Below, one piece after another: positions 60,803 through 64,000 of a stretch of 64,000 nt of DNA. Source of the stretch: Nitrospinales bacterium (GTDB lineage Bacteria > Nitrospinota > Nitrospinia > Nitrospinales > VA-1); contig OZ253496.1 in assembly GCA_965262115.1 (NCBI GenBank), forward strand, positions 1,760,001-1,824,000, read 5' to 3'. The position numbers and the translations under genes are program-made. Under the pieces are notes generated by a model. It ran no database searches. It worked only from the letters and a program-made list of their open reading frames with translations, and was not told where the DNA came from. Each line of letters opens with the position of its first letter. Position 1 is the stretch's first letter.

Positions 60803-62548
60803 ATGGCTAAAGCCACAAAAAAAACTGCCAAGCCAAAGAAGACGGTTCCCGATCAGGGAATCTCCCTTCGCCTTGCGTTGGCCCAGGTTAACGGACTGGT
60901 CGGGGGATTCGAGGCCAATGCCAAGAAGGTGGAATCGGCTTGCGCCACAGCCCTGAAAATGGGCGCCGATGTGGTGCTGTTCCCGGAACTGATGGTCACC
61001 GGTTACCCCCCGGAAGATTTACTGCTGAAAAAAAGTTTTATCAAAGATTGCCAACAAACTTTAAAAAAAATCGCTCCCTGCACACGTGGTCTGACAGCCG
61101 TGATCGGATTCGCCGAACGACAAGGCAAACACCTTTATAACTCCGCCGCCCTGATACACGATGGCAAGCATGTGGCAACGGCGCGCAAAATGCTCCTGCC
61201 CAATTATGGCGTGTTCGATGAGAAACGCTACTTCACCGAAGGCGACGAACCCCTGCGCTTTTCTTTGAAAGGAGTGCAAATTGGACTGACCATCTGCGAA
61301 GACATCTGGGAAGAATCGGGACCGGGTAAAACTTTAAGCAAACATATCGACCTTCTGCTCAATATCTCTTCCTCGCCTTACCACAAAGGCAAGGGCAAAG
61401 CCCGACGGCAAATGATCATCAAACGCGCCAAAAGTTATAAATGCCCGATCGCCTATGTCAACTTGGTCGGCGGACAGGACGAACTGGTGTTCGACGGCGA
61501 GAGCCTGGTGGTGGACGCTAAAGGAAAAATCATCACACAGGGAAACTCCTTTGAAGAAGAAATCATTTTTGCCGACGTGACCTTGTCGCCGAAATCAAAT
61601 AAGACCAAGGCTTCGGGAATTAACAGCGTCAAGGCCCCTGCATCGTTATCGAAAGAAAAAGCAAAAAAAGTTCCAGCACTTCCCGCGCATACCTATCAGG
61701 ATAGGTCGGAAGAGGAAGAAGTTTATTCAGCTCTGGTGCTGGGCACCCGCGACTATATTCACAAAAACGGATTCTCCAAAGTGGTTCTGGGTTTGAGCGG
61801 CGGCATTGACTCATCGCTCACTGCCGCCATAGCGGTAGGGGCATTGGGCGTCGAAAACGTAATTGGTGTGCTGATGCCGTCTCTGTATTCTTCCCAAGGC
61901 AGTATCGACGATTCCAAAGCGCTGGCGAAAAACCTGGGGATAAAAAAGTACATCTTTCCCATCGTCGGGGCCATGAAGGCTTACGAATACACCCTGAAAA
62001 AATTATTCAAAGATACAGAATCCGGTCTGGCAGAAGAGAACCTGCAAGCCCGCATTCGCGGCAATATATTGATGGCGCTGTCCAACAAATTCGGCTGGAT
62101 GGTGCTGACCACCGGCAACAAATCGGAAGTCAGTGTCGGTTACTGCACGCTCTATGGCGATATGGCGGGTGGATTCGCCGTGATCAAAGACGTGCCGAAA
62201 ATCCTCGTCTATAAACTTTCTCATTGGCTCAACGAAGAAACAGAAATCATTCCCAACAATGTTCTCACCAAAGAACCCTCGGCGGAACTTCGGCCCGATC
62301 AAAAAGACACCGATTCTCTACCGCCTTACGACCTGCTCGACCTGGTTTTGTTGCGTTATATCGAAGAAGATTTGTCGGTCGACGAAATAAAGGTGGACGG
62401 ACTTCCCAAATCTGAAATCCAGCGCATCGCACGACTGGTGGATCTTAATGAATACAAACGTCGGCAGGGTCCCCCGGGCGTAAAAATCACCCCCAAAGCC
62501 TTCGGCAAAGACAGACGTCTGCCGGTGACTAACCGTTACAAACTCTAA
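60803..62548 (+). CDS. nadE: Glutamine-dependent NAD+ synthetase
   Basis: Nitrilase domain (FPEL, YGVFDEKRYF, ICEDIW) plus GLSGGIDS, ENLQAR, TGNKSE. Confidence 0.95.
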   Translation: MAKATKKTAKPKKTVPDQGISLRLALAQVNGLVGGFEANAKKVESACATALKMGADVVLFPELMVTGYPPEDLLLKKSFIKDCQQTLKKIAPCTRGLTAVIGFAERQGKHLYNSAALIHDGKHVATARKMLLPNYGVFDEKRYFTEGDEPLRFSLKGVQIGLTICEDIWEESGPGKTLSKHIDLLLNISSSPYHKGKGKARRQMIIKRAKSYKCPIAYVNLVGGQDELVFDGESLVVDAKGKIITQGNSFEEEIIFADVTLSPKSNKTKASGINSVKAPASLSKEKAKKVPALPAHTYQDRSEEEEVYSALVLGTRDYIHKNGFSKVVLGLSGGIDSSLTAAIAVGALGVENVIGVLMPSLYSSQGSIDDSKALAKNLGIKKYIFPIVGAMKAYEYTLKKLFKDTESGLAEENLQARIRGNILMALSNKFGWMVLTTGNKSEVSVGYCTLYGDMAGGFAVIKDVPKILVYKLSHWLNEETEIIPNNVLTKEPSAELRPDQKDTDSLPPYDLLDLVLLRYIEEDLSVDEIKVDGLPKSEIQRIARLVDLNEYKRRQGPPGVKITPKAFGKDRRLPVTNRYKL

Positions 62549-62764
62549 ATTTTTAACTATGTTGGTGTGCTTTTAGTGCATGCAAGGCCCAAATGAGGAG
62601 CAGGGAGAACCGCATAGCTGTTTGAGATGCTCAGGTTTATTTGAAGAATAGATATATGGTATAACCTTTATAATTACCTTGGCCTGACGGCAAACACTTG
62701 ATCCAATTGGTATGAGGGCGTTCTATTTTAATAAAGAAATAATCTTGTATAGTTTTAGAATATT

Positions 62765-63967
62765 ATGCCAAAGATCAATTCAGATATACTTCGCTGGGCT
62801 CGCGAGACTGCTGGACTGACACACGAAGAAGCAGCTAAAAAGCTTAGTCTTGGGGAGGTAAAAGGCGTAACCGGCATTGAAAGGCTCAAAGCACTGGAAT
62901 CCGGAACCGAGCCGACGCGACCGATGTTAGTAAAGATGGCAAAACAATATCGGCGACCGCTCTTAACCTTTTACATGTCTGCCTCGCCTCGAAAAGGAGA
63001 TAGGGGTCAAGATTTTCGTACCCTTCCCCCAGATCATTCCGACACTGATGATGCGTTGCTAGACGCTCTAATTCGAAACGTACAAGCAAGGCAAAGCTTA
63101 ATTCGTGCTGCCCTAGAAGATGAAGAAAATGTTGGACCATTACCATTTGTTGGGTCAGTAAAAATAGAGGATGGTCTGCCCACAATTCTTCACTCTCTCC
63201 GGGAAGTTACTCAGATTGAATTAACCACCTTTCGAGAACGAATTAGTCCGGAAGATGCGTTTGCATTTCTCCGGTCAAGGGTAGAGGCTGCAGGCGTATT
63301 TGTCCTACTAATAGGTAACCTAGGAAGCCACCACACTTCGATTGGACTAGAGACCTTTAGAGGATTCGCTCTGGCAGATAATATTACTCCATTTATCGTC
63401 ATTAATGATCAAGATTCTAGGGCAGCATGGTCTTTTACCCTTCTGCACGAGCTAGCCCATATCTGTTTGGGCCAAACCGGGGTAAGTGGTTCATGTGTAG
63501 AGGAGGAAATCGAAAAATTTTGCAACGATGTAGCGGTCGAATTCCTTCTACCCGGTGAAGAATTAATTGAAATAAATATTTCGAAGAATCTTAAAGAAAC
63601 AGAAAGCACCATAAGTGAATTTGCAAGGGCTAGGAACCTAAGTAGTTCTATGGTTGCCTATAAACTTTTCCGTAATGGGTTGATTGATCAAGATACATGG
63701 TTTCGCCTAAGTGAAACTTTTAAGAAATGGTGGTTTGAAGGACAGTCGGCAAAACGGAGTGCAGCCAAAAAAAAGGAAGGTGGGCCAAATTACTATGTTG
63801 TGAAAAGTCACAGAATTGGAGCTTCTCTGATTTCACTTGTTAAACGCATGATGTCAGGAGGTGCGCTTACAACTACTAAGGCCGGACAAATATTAGGTGT
63901 TAAGGCTAAGAATGTACAGACACTCATTGATACTTTAGCGTCTAGTGGCGCAAGCCGAGTGGGCTAG
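62765..63967 (+). CDS. XRE-HTH plus ImmA/IrrE metallopeptidase
   Basis: LRWARE..GLT HTH, DFR, FRGFAL, FTLLHELAH, E.FCN. Confidence 0.9.
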   Translation: MPKINSDILRWARETAGLTHEEAAKKLSLGEVKGVTGIERLKALESGTEPTRPMLVKMAKQYRRPLLTFYMSASPRKGDRGQDFRTLPPDHSDTDDALLDALIRNVQARQSLIRAALEDEENVGPLPFVGSVKIEDGLPTILHSLREVTQIELTTFRERISPEDAFAFLRSRVEAAGVFVLLIGNLGSHHTSIGLETFRGFALADNITPFIVINDQDSRAAWSFTLLHELAHICLGQTGVSGSCVEEEIEKFCNDVAVEFLLPGEELIEINISKNLKETESTISEFARARNLSSSMVAYKLFRNGLIDQDTWFRLSETFKKWWFEGQSAKRSAAKKKEGGPNYYVVKSHRIGASLISLVKRMMSGGALTTTKAGQILGVKAKNVQTLIDTLASSGASRVG

Positions 63968-63971
63968 AGCA

Positions 63972-64000
63972 GTGCTATATTTTTTAGACGCAAATGTTCT
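63972..64000 (+). CDS. Start of a PIN-like (DUF4411-type) protein, runs off the window
   Basis: GTG-LYFLDANV, a typical PIN N-terminus, 4 nt after the ImmA/IrrE stop. Confidence 0.6.

Overview
Bacterial chromosomal window. The gene content (nirK remnant, LPS/ArnT cluster, modABC, many short orphans) resembles a marine Nitrospinota-like organism, which is inference only. Core genes include an aldehyde dehydrogenase, acetolactate synthase, SelO, LPS glycosyltransferases, tesA-ybbAP, modABC, an MreB paralog, GlmU/GlmM-like proteins, nadE and five intact tRNAs. About 16 pseudogenes are interspersed. The main signal is a layered mobile-DNA system. (1) Two copies of an IS110 (IS621-like) element have a non-coding left end that reads directly as a bridge RNA: target guides TTACCCCT/CCCGAAG and donor guides ACAGTTGC/GCAAG match the element's own insertion site (TACCC-CT-TCGG) and circle junction (ACAGTTG-CT-TGTAT), and circularisation builds a TTGACA-N17-TATGTT promoter. 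(2) Its target is a ~40-bp repeat (YGTGAT...TGCCCC-N2-4-GGGGTA, 14 copies here) that appears mobile itself, since it sits precisely and without target duplication inside an IS3, inside a MITE and twice inside other copies of itself. (3) There is also a MITE with 9-bp TSDs, an IS3, integrase and IS256 remnants, a glycan cassette bounded by ~95-bp diverged direct repeats, a decayed TIGR04255 three-gene module and an XRE-ImmA/IrrE plus PIN-like pair.
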